From Lama glama (Eukaryota): DNA of 64,000 nt. This document shows positions 49,273 through 61,900 of the stretch, one piece after another (position 1 is the stretch's first letter; each line of letters opens with the position of its first letter). The notes beneath the pieces are model-generated. The model was not told the DNA's origin. It made no database searches and was given only the letters and a program-made list of their open reading frames with translations. A program made the position numbers and the translations under genes. The stretch lies in assembly GCA_028534125.1 (NCBI GenBank), contig CM052817.1, positions 80,354,001 through 80,418,000 on the forward strand, given 5' to 3'.

Positions 49273-52200
49273 TCCCCAAAATTCCTAAGCACAGATGATT
49301 TTACAGGTAAAAATTCATTTAGATCTTCAACCTGATCATCGTTATGCTATTTAAACTATTTCAGAGCACAAAGAAAAAATTCCCAATTCTTATTATGACT
49401 AACACACTGCCAACCCCCTTTAAAAGAAGAACCTTTAAAAAATTATTATTCAAAATCAAATACTTTAGCATTATTAATAGATCAAAGTAGAAAACAGTAC
49501 ACTCAGTTTTATGGAATTCAACATCCATTTCTCATTTAGAAAACTAAAATAAAGGTAGCATTAGCATGCTAAAAACAGCAATCCTAAACTAATGCCCAGT
49601 AACATAATTAAATGTCAGAGCAACTGTTCATCTTTACCCTTTGAGTACTAGCCAATAAAGTCACACATGGAAATAGAGTAAAAAAAAAAAAAAAACCAAG
49701 ATAATTAACTGAGAAATTATTAGGTAACTAATATGTCCTCAGACTTCACTGGCTTACAACAAAATTAAGTATTTATTTTGTTGTTTTCTTTCATATTCAA
49801 TTTGTCCATAAGCCTTGGGACTCCCCCATTAATACACTTGAATGTTTGTTAGGTACAACAGCAGTAACTGACACCAGCTCTTCTCTGTCCCCCCCACCCA
49901 CCCCCACCCCCTGTGAGCCACTCCTCTCCCCTGGGCCCCTGGGCTACAGTCTGACAAGCTCCTCCCAGTCACCTTCTCCCCCAGCTCAGACAGGGACCTT
50001 ACCTCAGCTCCCCCAGGGCAAAGGCTAAGGCCAGGCTGTGATTTTTATAAAACTGATACTAGAGAACAATTACAGCGATGAAAACATTTTACTTTCCTAT
50101 CGGATATCAGAGTTCCTAGAGTCTGTACCCTGATTTAGCTTGCTCTCTTTCTACTACCCAGTTGGAAGAAACAGCCCATCACATGCTAACTGTGGTGTCC
50201 TCACTGCACGCCAGCCAGGACCCAGAGTAATTCCTGCCATTCTGCCCACCATGAGAGCCCATGTCATCTATGATGCAGTCGTCCAACTCAGCTGCCCCCA
50301 AATGTTTCATTCTAGAAAGAGATCTTTGTTTTTATGTTTGAATAACTAAAATTTACATTAAGATTTCTTTTAACCAACAATCTTTCCCCCAAAGATAATT
50401 TTTCTTCTACCTTGAGAAGAACAGTAGAAACATCAGGAAATTTTAAAACTGCTTTTAGATTATCATGGTTCCAGAAATGCTGTATTCCAGTCTTAAAGGA
50501 GCATGTCACCTTTACCAGCCCTAGAGTTCAATAAGATGAATCCTTGACTAGTGTCTCCATGAAGGGGACAGGAAGAGGAAGGGAATATAGGGAGCTGAAA
50601 AGGATTCCTATAAGCTGAGAAAAGACATTTTCAAGAAGCAACGACAAAAGGTCAGTAAGGAGGAGCAAATACCATAAACATTGAATTTAGTTCTTAGTGG
50701 TCAAGAATGACCTTTAAGGAAGCAGTATCAATGGAGTAATAAAGGTTCATGGTGGTTTACACTATGTAACATACTTTATGTGGGTTTTTTTTTTTCCCGA
50801 AAAAAGTGTAATACAGTCAGTGTGTCAGTTAAGTTCTTTTCTCGTAACTCCAAACGCAACCTTCTAAACTTTGCGGTGCTGAAGCTGGTGTCCACAAACC
50901 GCGTTACTTCATCGCAGCCGATGACCTAATAGGCTGTGCCAGTAGGAGGCGCTAGAGGAGACTGCAAAGCCGGGGTAGAAGACGGAACACGTTCCCTTCT
51001 GTTTGTTTCCTGTGGGCTCCCTGTGTCCTCCCGGCTTGTTTCCTGAGCATCACCAAGCCTACTTGTGTTTCTAACCCCAACAGTGGTAGGTAGGTCCTTC
51101 CCACAGCAGTTGAGTCCTACATCCGCAAATGCAGCCTCATTGCCCTGTTCCTTCCCTCGGGGACGCCAGCACCAGGGGACTGTCTGTGGGTATAGTCTCA
51201 GGGTTTCAGACCAGGAAGGACAAGTGTAACACTGGATTGAGCTGAATGTATGCCCTGTGTTCACTTGGCATAGATTCTGGATTACATGTGTTCGTTTGTT
51301 TAGCGGCAACTGGCTGTAATAGGCCACTTCTTTGTTCATTTTTACTTGTTTGTTCATTTATTATCTGTATCGCCCCCACTGCTTCATGTGTACAGGAGTT
51401 TTTCTCTGTCTTGTTCACTGCTGTATTCTCTCCCATTTCCATTGTAAGGGAAGGAGAGCTTTTTGGCTTCTGTGCCAATTTTTTAAAAACCTTTTTAATT
51501 TGCATATTTCCACAAAAACAAAATGAAACAAAAACATGGCCTTCTGTGTTTTGCACCCTCGGTGTAACTTCTCAGTAGGAATTCTTCAGGAAACTTGATG
51601 AGAGTGATTGAATGAAAGCAAAAGTACCCCTCGACTGAGTTGCAGGACAGTAGTTAGACATTTCCACTGCCCCTAGCAATCTCTCTGAGGTTCTGTCAAG
51701 AGAGAAATCTGGTCCTTCGTCTCCTGTAACAAGTCACCACTTTATTTCTCCATGTATCTCCCATTCTGGTGTAAAATATCTAGTGAAAACTAGGAGTTGG
51801 TGGAATCATTCAGGTAGAAACAGCAATACAAACACATGTTTTTAAACATTTTGTTCACAAAGGCCCACCGTTTTGGAAAATGTTGAGATTTTTGGTAAAT
51901 TTTCTCACAAAAAGTTGATGCGCCTGAAAAAACATTACAGTGGAGTTTTAGCAGAGAGCCAGGCTGTACCAACCCAAAGAACAGTAAGGAATTTTCCGGT
52001 GGCTTCTGGGCTAATTTGCACTTTTCACCTCTTCGGGCAGGTTAGAGTTCATGGTGAGAGGGCCCACAAGCCCCGGAATCACAGGAATCACAGCTCAGAA
52101 TCACAGGAATTTGTCCAGAGCTCTGGGCGGAAGTTGTCTGTCACCGCCGCCCAGGGTCGGGCCTCTCTGGTCTCAGTGAAGAGAAGGTCCACACGCCTGC

Positions 52201-55049
52201 CCTGGGGGGTCAGAGGAGGTGGGGACCGCCTAGCTCTCTGCACACCACAGTCCGCAGCTTGCTTTCGTGTGTCCCTGGGTTGCCGGTTCTTCCCTTCACC
52301 CTGGTCTCACCTGGCCAGTCCCGGTGGCTCAAGGTGCGTTGCACTAGGAAGCACACTGGGGGAGAAGGCAAAAGAATTTGGGCAAAATCACAAAATGTGG
52401 ATACTAAGGGACCAAGTGCAATGGAATCGTCACCCGTCTTGTAGGGGTGTTGGGAGAACTGACTCCTGCTTGTAAAGGCCTTTGAGTTCCTTGGAGGGAC
52501 GGTGCCACCGGAGTACTAAGCATCATTGTGAAGGGATTATGTGCACAAATACAATACCAGGAGCCAGGATATCACTAAAAATAAAGCAGCACTTTCTGTG
52601 AGGAAGGTAAGGAAGGAAATGCCTCACTGAAAAAAGCTTAACTGTCTTTTAATACAAATGCTTAGGCTACCGGGTAATGGAACAGCAAATCTGAGATTCT
52701 ATTCTAGGTAAAGGATTATGTTTTCTCGGCATTGTCAAGGTGCTGTGGAACAAAACAACACGACTGCTTGACCTGAAAGAAGGTTAGAGTCTTTGAAAAA
52801 GAGATTAAGAGGATGTTTGGCTATTGCACGGTGTGCTCCATCCATCCATGAGGGGAAAGGCAACAGAAAAGTAAATGTTTGTTTGCTTTGGGGGGAAAGG
52901 TGTTTAAAAAATTGGAAGAAAGGAGACTTTCAAATTCAAATAATTTTTGTGGTGGTTCCCAGTAAATCTAGTGATGAAAATTAAAGCTCATTAGAAACCG
53001 AAATACATTTTTCATTTGCTTTTCTCAAGTGCTTTAAACCCTGTGTTTGAAATAACAGAAGTAGTATAGTCTTGCTTGTGTGTTTACAGAAAATTATCAC
53101 ATTAACTGCGTAGAAAAACAAACACAAAACCTCTCTACTTTGTCCACGTGATAATTAAAACATGCTATATCTATAGACTGGGTCATATAGTGTATTCGAA
53201 GCCCTTGTTAGGCATTGGGTTAATAACAGCTCACAGCAGAAATGGGGCTGGAAACTGTCTCCCCCCAACCCTTCTTTCCGACCCTTTCTGCCTCCTCCAC
53301 CTGCTTATTTTATAACAAGGCCTCTGGAGTCTGAAGCAGATTAGCAAACAAATAAATCCTTTAATGTCATGGAATAATTTCCCCAATGTAAATGGGATTA
53401 ATCTGCCAACCCAGAAGCAAATTCTACATTTCAAATGCCTCAGCTGCATAATAAGCCATTTCTGCCCACCTCCTAATTTATGGTACAAAGTCATTTTATT
53501 TTAATGTGCTTCCTTCCCCATTCTTCCCTCCCATTCCATCTCCGGCCCTCTCTGTTTCCACCTTTGAAAATGTCCTATGCGTAGCCTTTAGAGAAGCATC
53601 AAAGAGCACAAATAATAACCTGTGCTTCCCAGAAAAGCCAGAAAAGTGAAAGAACGTGGAACACAAGGGAACGGCCTTCCACAGCCCCAGAAGACCCTCC
53701 TCCAGAAACTCCTGGTGCGGCTCTGTCTGGCTGTGTCTGTGCAGCGCTGGGCGTGAGGCCTGAACATCATGGCCGAACACAGGCCCTCTACGGCCACCAA
53801 TCCTGGTTTCCCCCAGATTTTACCATAATCAGGAGGAAAATCTGGGCTGGTTCCCTAAACCCTACTTAGACATTTTAAGAACCAGAAATGGGGTGAGATT
53901 TGTAGGAATAGAGAAGGCAAGCAGTTTGGTCTTTGACCCCAGAATTGTTATCTTCAAGTGCCATTGAATTCAGTGACTCGCTCAAGGTCACGAGGTCAGA
54001 GGTGAGGGCAGGGGGTGGTGTGCAGTCACCTGCTCTTCCGCCCGCCTGGGCCATCCTGCTCCTCCCCAACCACGCTGCTTCCCCGACCAAAGGGTCGCCA
54101 TGCAGCTCTCACTCAGGAACCTGAGGGAAGGAGGCTATCTGGGGGTTATTTATTCAAAACCATCGGGTCAATTCTGAGTCACATTAACACTTCCCTTTAC
54201 TCACCCTTTGAAACCTGAGCCACATGAGTCACCAAACTGTTCCACACTCTGGGCTGGTGACCGGAGGGAAGGGCTTCATTTGAAGAAGCAGGTCCTCATG
54301 GCTGTCGGGGATACATTCCTGAGAGTCACAGTGAACAAGGACGTGACGAATGGTGAGGCCGGAAGATCCCTGCAGCTGTGAGCCCCCAGGTCCTCCTGGC
54401 ACGTGAGCCACAGCGAGTCCTCTTTCCTGAAATGCAGGGTCTCCATCAGGCCTTGAGGCTAAAGTGGGAGGAACAATGGGGTAAGGAAGAAGGAGGACGT
54501 AAGCGTGTTTCTAAAGAACAGTCATGACATCAGGACCTTTGACTGCAAAACAGCACAGGAAACCTCACAGATGAAGTACAGTGACATGTGGCACAATGGC
54601 TGAGACTTAGCAACGTGACAGCAAGTGAGAAAGTCTCTCTCCAAAACTGATATACCACACGACATCCTTTATGTAGGTTAAAGCAGCTAAAAAATTTTTT
54701 TAAACCAAGAGCAGTTTAGGAATACAATAAACCTACACAGAGAGAAGAGCAAGGAGACGAGGTCAGGATTCAGGATGACGCTGAGGACAGGGGTGAGGCT
54801 GCGGGAATGTATGATTACATGTGAGTGATTTTCTGGTCCTACTGTGGTTTGGGGAGATGGGTTCGTGGATGCTAATTATATTTACATAAATTATTTACTT
54901 ACCTGGGATTTAGCAGGTACATTTTTATACTTAATTAAGGTACATAAATAATTCATGTACTTAAATTATATGCCTAAGTAAGTAAATAACTAAATGTAAG
55001 TGGAACATTCACAGCCCAGTGACAACCATGTACTGTGAGCGGAGGATCC

Positions 55050-55300
55050 TGGACTTGTAGACGGCCATCCTCTCCCCACGTCTCCACATGTCATCTTCCC
55101 TTCACGCTGTCACTGTGTCCCACGTTCCCCTTTTCATAAGACACTAGTCATACTGGGTTTAAGAACTACTCTAATGCCTTCATTTGAACCTGATTCCTTC
55201 TCTCAAGACCTTGTCTCCAAGTGAGGTCACATTCTGAGGTACTAAAGGGTTAGGATTTCAACATACCTTTCTAGGGGAGGACACAGTTCAACCCACAACA
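55050..55300 (-). mobile_element. MLT1B/C-like MaLR LTR fragment
   Basis: CTTGTAGACGGCCATC..ATAAGACACTAGTCATACTGG..GGTCACATTCTGAGGTACT..GGACACAGTTCAACCCACAACA. Confidence 0.8.
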
Positions 55301-55544
55301 ACAATGTACAATAGCTGACTGTTAAGATCCATGGCATTGGGAAGGGAAGAAAACAGTTGTTTTAACTGTGTGCTTACAATGCAGTTTTCAAAATTTTTTC
55401 TTCATTTTAGCACTGCTGGCTTAAACATTGTGAATGGAAGAAAGCATAGAAGGATTGTTGAAACATTCCAAAAGAGCTACCCAGGGAGACAGTGAGACAG
55501 AGAAAGACAGACAGAGACAGGGAGGAATCTCACTCCCTGAGTCT

Positions 55545-56140
55545 TTTTGTTTATTTATTTTTAAATTGACGTATAGTTAATTTACAATATTTTATTAGTT
55601 TTAGGTGCAGAACATAGTTATTCAAAATTTTTATAGATTATACTCCATTTAAATTTATTATAAAATATTGGCTGTGTGCCCTGTGCTGTACAATATATCT
55701 TTGTAGCTTATTTATTTTATCTGTAGGAGTTTGTATTCTTAATCCCTTACCCCTATCTCTTCCTTCCCCTCTTTCCTCTCCCTATCAGTAACCACTAGTT
55801 TGTTCTCTATACCTGTGAGTCTGTTTCTGTTTGGTTATATATGTTCATTTGTTTTACTTTTTAGATTCTACATATAAGTAATAACATGGAGTCTTTCTCT
55901 GTCTAATTTATTCCACTAAACATAATATTCTTTAGGTCTACCCACGTTGCTGAGAAATGGTATTATTTCATTCTTTTTATGGCTGAGTAATATTCCATTG
56001 TGTATATATACCACATTTTCTCTATCCATTCTTCTGTTGCCGTGCCTTGGGTTGTTTCCATGTCTTGGCTGTTGTAAATAATGCTGTTGTGAACACTGGA
56101 GTGTGTGTATCTTTTTGAATTAGTGTTCTCATTTTCTCTG
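55545..56140 (-). mobile_element. L1 3' end (L1MA/laurasiatherian type)
   Basis: TTTAAATTGACGTATAGTTAATTTACAATATT..TTTTATGGCTGAGTAATATTCCATTGTGTATATATACCACAT. ORF 55963-56172(-) ends in WIEKMWYIYTMEYYSAIK, the L1 ORF2 terminus. Confidence 0.9.
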
Positions 56141-56479
56141 AGTCTTTTTAGTTGGTTACAAATATTGATCACAAAACTTTAAGCCAGCTTTGATTCATTC
56201 TCCTCCTTAAAGCAACTGCTCAATCCTAGGTATCCTCTTTGTCATGCAACATCTATCAACATTTAAAATGCATCAGCTGCTCTCTTTCTGGAATCATTGT
56301 AACATAAGTTTTTAAAAGATGTACAAGACTGTTTATGGTAACATTGTTTGCACTACAAAAAAAATACTAGAAACATCTTAAGGGTGTATAAGTAAAGGAA
56401 TGGCTGAATAAATTACAGTATATCCATGCTGTGCAAACATTTAAAAAGAACAAGAGAAAGTTTTATAATAATAGCCGGG

Positions 56480-56670
56480 CAATGGTGAGCATTCACTATA
56501 TGCAAGCCCCATGTTAAGTGCACTTATACAGACTGTCTGATTTATTCGCGGAAACTCAGTCACTAGCCCACATACAGCTGAAGAAAGTGGGACCTAAGAG
56601 ACTTGAGAGGTGAAGGCATTTGCCCAAGATGACACAGCTTGGACAGCTAGGATGCAAGCAAAGAGAGTGT
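56480..56670 (-). mobile_element. MIR
   Basis: TGAGCATTCACTATATGCAAG..ACAGCTGAAGAAAGTGGG..GAGAGGTGAAGGCATTTGCCCAAGATGACACAGCT. Confidence 0.7.
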
Positions 56671-56849
56671 ATACACCAGAAAAAATAGTGATTCAAATAG
56701 CGATTACCACTCTAAAGCGGTGGGCTCAGCTCTGCCACAAGAAGTCTCGCCTTTGTCCTGCCCCTCACCGTTTCATGTTTCTGCCACCACAGTGTCCTCA
56801 CGTAGTTTTCACCCTCACCCCTCGGGCCCCCTTCCCTTCTCTGCTGAGC

Positions 56850-57130
56850 TAAAGCCTCCAGCACTCAGCCAAAGACCTCTGCTCTGCAAAACGGTCCCTC
56901 CTTGGCGCAGCCAGCCTTTGGTGTCCTCTCTTTTCCATGCCCTCCTGTGGCATCTGGATTGTTCATTTTGGCACCGTGTTCTTGCAGCGTTATTTTACCG
57001 TTTAATGTGTGCTTTATTCCTTCTTAGATAGTAGCTCCTGAAGGCAAGCAGCACCTCTTTTTCTTTTTTAAATTTTGTACCATTTAGCACTATGTTGTAT
57101 ATCTACCTGGTGTCCAAGAAATATGTATTT
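56850..57130 (+). mobile_element. L2 3' end
   Basis: TTAGATAGTAGCTCCTGAAGGCAAG..TTTTGTACC..TTAGCACTATG..AAGAAATATGTATT. Confidence 0.55.
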
Positions 57131-58414
57131 AATAATGCCAATGAATTAAGGTTGCTATGCTTAAAATAGCAGCCTTATGGATACTCTCCATAGACAAAAT
57201 CATAGACAGCTTACTTAAAGTAAAATATAAAGCATAAATGTTGCCCCGGGGTAAATCTTGACCTATCATTACACCAGTCCCTCTGTGGTTGGAGGCCCCA
57301 CACCAGCTGCCGCATTCCCTGTGCCACCATCTGCCTGGCTGGACTTCTACAGGAGCTTCTACCCAGACATCTCCTTGGATTCTGACTAGGTTTGAACCTT
57401 TAGTTAATGACATTTATTTCCCATGAGCCCTTTCCTTATATGTATTTATCTCCCGGTTTTATATCTAATTTGAGATTCACGGCAGAGGACTATTAGAATC
57501 TCAAGTAATGTGTTTCTGTCCTTACTCCATACCTGGGATTTAAGCGGCGGCCTCCTCTGTGAGTGCGCCCAGGAAAGCGTCCTAACTGTCCACTGCCTGA
57601 CCTTGCTAGCCCCCAATCCTCTCTGAAAAATTGCAGCTGGAAACCAGACCAGCACTTCAGTTGTTCTGCAGAGGAAATGGAACCACCACAAGTTTTTGAG
57701 GATTGAAAAAGAGATTGCTAGAAAGACTTGAAAGAAGGTGGGTGAAAGAAATCTGCCCAGTGCCGAATGAGGCTGTGATCAGACGGCAGGGCTTGGTAAG
57801 AGAGTTTATTTTGCTGTGTGAGGAGGTCTTGACCTTCACTCGAAGATGAGTAGTTGCTCCCCAAGTTAAAGTGTCAACTGACTTGTTTACTCAGTGTCAC
57901 ATCTAGTCATTCAACAACAATGCCACTGTATCTAGGCTCATGATGATACTAGGTCTTTTCTTGATGAAGGATTATCTGGAGAAAAGAGCCAGACTTAGGT
58001 CAGAGGACATGGTGGTGGGACAGCAATGCTGAGAAGGGAGCTGAAGCCAGGCCCTGGCTTCAAACCAGCAGCACCAGGATTGTGGTGCCCTCTGCCTGGG
58101 CAGCCCTCATCTTGGTGACCTTGACTGTTGGCCTCCTAGGCTTGCCCGCATCATCCGCAAAAGGTGATAGCATATGAAGAGAACACGGTCTAGTGTTCTG
58201 GGAGAAAGGACCAAAATCTCCAAGTGGCACCAAATGCCCTCCTGGCCTCCTACTCCACAAACATTCAGGATCAATGTCATTCTGCTGAGAAAGAGGCAGG
58301 CAGAGCTGTGGTAAAGAGCTTAGACTTCACATTCAGACAGTTCTGGATTTGAATCCCAGCTCTAGTGTCCACTCCCTGTGTGGTCCGTGGCCACACAACC
58401 TCTCCAATACAAAT

Positions 58415-59259
58415 GTCTTATTCTGTCCTGCTAAGAATATTCTGTTTTTACCCCCAGAATATTTCTGACACCAAATGTGTGGGCTTTCCATACCAAGCAA
58501 TTTTCTGTGGATACCAATGGTGTCCTACACTTCAATTAAATTATAACACAAACTACCCGGAATTAGCTCAAATCCTGGAGGTTAAAAGCTCGTCCAATCA
58601 GACTGAGCTCCCCATCCCACCCCTAGTCCAGATGCCTATTGCAAATCTGGGTCACTTGTATTTCTGACTGATCAGCTACAAATCAGAGGTTTCCACAACC
58701 CCCTCCTCAGGTTCAGTAATTTGCTAGGACAGCCCACAGAGCTCAGAAAGGCACTTTGCTTACTATTACCTCTTTATCATAAAGAACAGAATCCAGGAGC
58801 AGGAAGACCGGCACAGGGTTGGCAAGTGGAGCTTCCATGCTCTCTCTAGACACAGCACCCTCCCAGCACCTTGATGTATTCACTGACCCTGAGGTTCTCC
58901 AAACCTGGCAGGTTTCCTGGAGGTTCCATTATGCACACAGATGGATGGAACCACTGACCATGGGTGATGACCTCCGCCTCCAGCTCTCTCCACTCCCCAG
59001 AGGTGGGGGGTGAGGCTGAATGATCTAACCCTTTAATCACATGGTTGGTTCCTCTGGCAACCAGTGCCCATCCCCAAGCTATCTAGGGGCCCACATGGAG
59101 TCAGCTCTTTAGCATAAACTCAGGTACGATGGGCAGGGGCTTATTGCAAAGAATACAAGACGCTCTGCTCACCCCTAGCCCTCAGGGAAGTACGGGAGTT
59201 TTAGGAGTTCTGTGCAAGGAAGACCAAAAGTATATTTCTTATTGTATCACAGTGTCACA
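58415..59259 (-). mobile_element. MER21-like ERV solo LTR inserted in a MIR
   Basis: TTCTGACACCAAATGTGTGGG..CACAACCCCCTCCTCAGGTTCAGTAATTTGCTAG..ATATTTCTTATTGTATCACAGTGTCACA. MIR-like sequence lies on both sides (~58305-58410 and ~59260-59380). Confidence 0.8.
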
Positions 59260-60214
59260 CTCTGAAACACTAAACTCATAACATAACTAAACTCATAACA
59301 TCTACCTTCTAAGGCTGTGAAGGATAAAGTGAAATAACCTGTGTCAAGTGTGAGCCAGGCCTCGTCTTTGATGAGAGCTCAGTGGCCTTCCCTTCCCACC
59401 CGCCTCCCAGCCCTGCTTCTAAGCACAGAGCACGGCCTCCCTGCGTGTACATCCTTCTGCCCTTTAAGCACATCCTGTGGAAATTTGAACAGTTCAGAGA
59501 AGTTTTTCTGAACAGCCATCACCTGTTCTTTTTCACAGAGATATTTATGAGTGTTTGATCTGACACTGGGTGTTTTTTTGTTTTGTTTTGTGTTTTTTTT
59601 TTTTCTTTTCCCAGAATTTCCTCTTCTTGTGAATCATATTCCTGGCCAATAGGGGCATACCTATCATTTTTCTGAACTCTCAAGAGCCTGTTTTGCAAAG
59701 TCCAGGACTCACGTCAGCTCAGCCTTATGGTCCCTTTCCTCTGTTTGACCAGGAATGATGCAGTCATTTTTTCCTAAAGGTTCCTGGAAGTCACACAATA
59801 GCCATCAAGTTCTTTTTCGTCAGAATTGAGTCAAGAATAGAAGTTCCCTTGTTGTTTCCTCTGTCTTCTTGGTGATGAGAGGATCATGAAGTCTGGCAAG
59901 GACTTATTGCATGGCTTCCTTTTTTCCCAGCACTATTTTTTTTAAATTGAGGTACAGTTGATATACAATAGCTCATGGTTTGCTTTTAGCAGAGTAAGAC
60001 TTCTAGTAAAATCTGAACCTCTGAAGTTCGTCTCCATCATCACCTGTTTGCCTGTTTATAATATGGTATTAATAAAGCACTCTTCCACTTCACTTTCAGA
60101 ATAATTGTTGTGCATTTTCAATGTGTGTACCAGGCACTTGCTAAGAGCTTTAAGTACATCATAATTTTTAAGCTTATAAACAACCCCACAACTATATGTA
60201 TATACACATATATA

Positions 60215-60665
60215 TGTGATGGAATATTATTCAGTTTTTAGAAAGAAACAAATCCTGCATGTGTGATAACATGGAGGGACTTTGAGGACATCATGCCAAG
60301 TGAAATAAGTCAGAGAAAGACAAACACTGCATGGTGTCACTTATACGTGGAATCTTTTTTTTTTAAGTCAAACATAGAAACCAAGTAGAAAAGTGGTGGC
60401 TCGGGGCTGGGAAGTGGGGGAAATAAGAGGTTGATAAAAGGGTACAAACTTTAATTTTGTGACTCTATTTGGTAACACTGTATCGTATAATTGAAATTTC
60501 CTGAGAGTAGAACTTAAATGTTCTCAACAAAGAAACAAAAACATGTGAGGTGATGGATATAATTTGATGGGGGAATCTTTTCACAATGTACACATACGTA
60601 TATCAAATCATCACATTACATACTTTAAATACCTTGCAATTTTATTTGTCAGTTACACCTCAAAG
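60215..60665 (+). mobile_element. L1MA-type 3' end inserted into a MIR
   Basis: ATGGAATATTATTCAG..GAGGACATCATGCCAAGTGAAATAAGTCAGAGAAAGACAAACACTGCATG..TTTATTTGTCAGTTACACCTCAA. Confidence 0.85.
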
Positions 60666-60684
60666 CTGTGAAGGGGGAAGCCAA

Positions 60685-60825
60685 AACCACCCCCATAAGC
60701 TAGGTGCTATTATTAGTTCCCATTTTACAGATATGGAAACTGAAGCACAGTGAGATTATGTATTAACTTGCCTAAAGCCACGTGGCTTGCAAGAACAGCG
60801 GGGATTCTGACGGGTCTTCCAATCA
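60685..60825 (-). mobile_element. MIR (continuation of the fragment at ~60125-60195, split by an L1)
   Basis: TAGGTGCTATTATT..CCCATTTTACAGATATGGAAACTGAAGCACAG..TAACTTGCCTAAAGCCAC is the MIR core. Confidence 0.8.
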
Positions 60826-60989
60826 CTGCTTTGTCGTTTCTCCTGCTTGGGGTCTAACTCCAGCTCTCTAACTCACCAGCTTCCCACCTCGGGAAAGTTG
60901 CTTAATGTCTGTGTCTCCTTCCTCATTTGCACAAACGGGAGTAACAGTATCAACATCATAGAGATTGTTACGAAGATGGAGTGAGTTAC

Positions 60990-61900
60990 CTCGTGGGGCA
61001 GCAGGTAGCGAGGTGCGCGTCCGTCTGCACCGCCGTCGGGAGTCAGCGCGTCACCCCCACCCCCGCCGCCGCCGCGTCTCCTCTGCGCTCAGGTTGCTTC
61101 CTTTCTTCTCACGTTCGTATTTCTAAAGTCGGACTCCGTCATATAATCAACAGACACACCTTAGCTTTCTCCCTATTACTTGATGGTGTATCTTTGTATA
61201 GATGGCATCCATGAGTCAAGGAAGCATATCATTTCCACGTGTGTTTGATTTGTCTGGCTAGTTAGTTAAGGGCAGGAGGCAGATTTTGAATTTTTCTGAA
61301 TTCTCTCAACCCCCAGTACCGAGTCTCACTCACTCAAGACTCAGTGAAGAGATGTAGGGCACGTTAGCATTTGTCAAAAGCGAATTCAGCAGGTCTGTAT
61401 CGTGCTGAGTAAAAGATGCTTTCGCGCCCCCCCCCCCAACGCAGGACACGGAGTTGGGGTGAGGCAGGCGGGGTTCCTCCAGGGTCTCTTCTCCTTCCAG
61501 CTGAGCGGGCCCCGCATCGCTTCCTGGAGGGAGTCGAGAAAACAGCCGCCTCGGCAGAGCCCTCCCCACCCCGGCTTTCTCAGGAGATGCCATCGTTAGA
61601 GGGAGGGAGGCGAGCAGGTAGAGGGCCGGGGGAAGTGCACTGGTCCGGGCCACTCCAGCCCTGAGGGGTCCGCAGGAAGAGGAGAGAGACCTGGAACCGC
61701 TTCTCCGAGGTCTGGGTGCGGTCCCGGCGCTGTCACACCGGCCGGGTTAGGACGTGCTGTTGCGAACGTCCTCGCGGGACTTGAGGACACAGTGAATGCG
61801 TTCAGGAAGCCGGGCCCCGGCTAAGGCAGCGCAGCTGTCTGGACCAGGTACAGGCTGAGCTTAGGTCGGAATTACTGGAAACAAGAGCACGGAGACGGTG
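60990..61900. promoter_or_regulatory. Intergenic CpG-rich region (two sub-patches, ~60990-61140 and ~61400-61900)
   Basis: Dense CpGs (GCCGCCGCCGCG, CGCGGG, CCCGGCGC) and a C12 run; no credible ORF. Confidence 0.45.

Noticed and set aside
52076..52110. GAATCACAG repeated three times
   Set aside because: Short slippage-type repeat with irregular spacing; not a CRISPR-like or other functional array.
51873..52475. Longest ORF in the track (200 aa, + strand)
   Set aside because: Non-ATG start, no recognisable domain, low-complexity Arg/Ser/Gly composition and no convincing splice context. Consistent with a chance ORF in GC-richer DNA.
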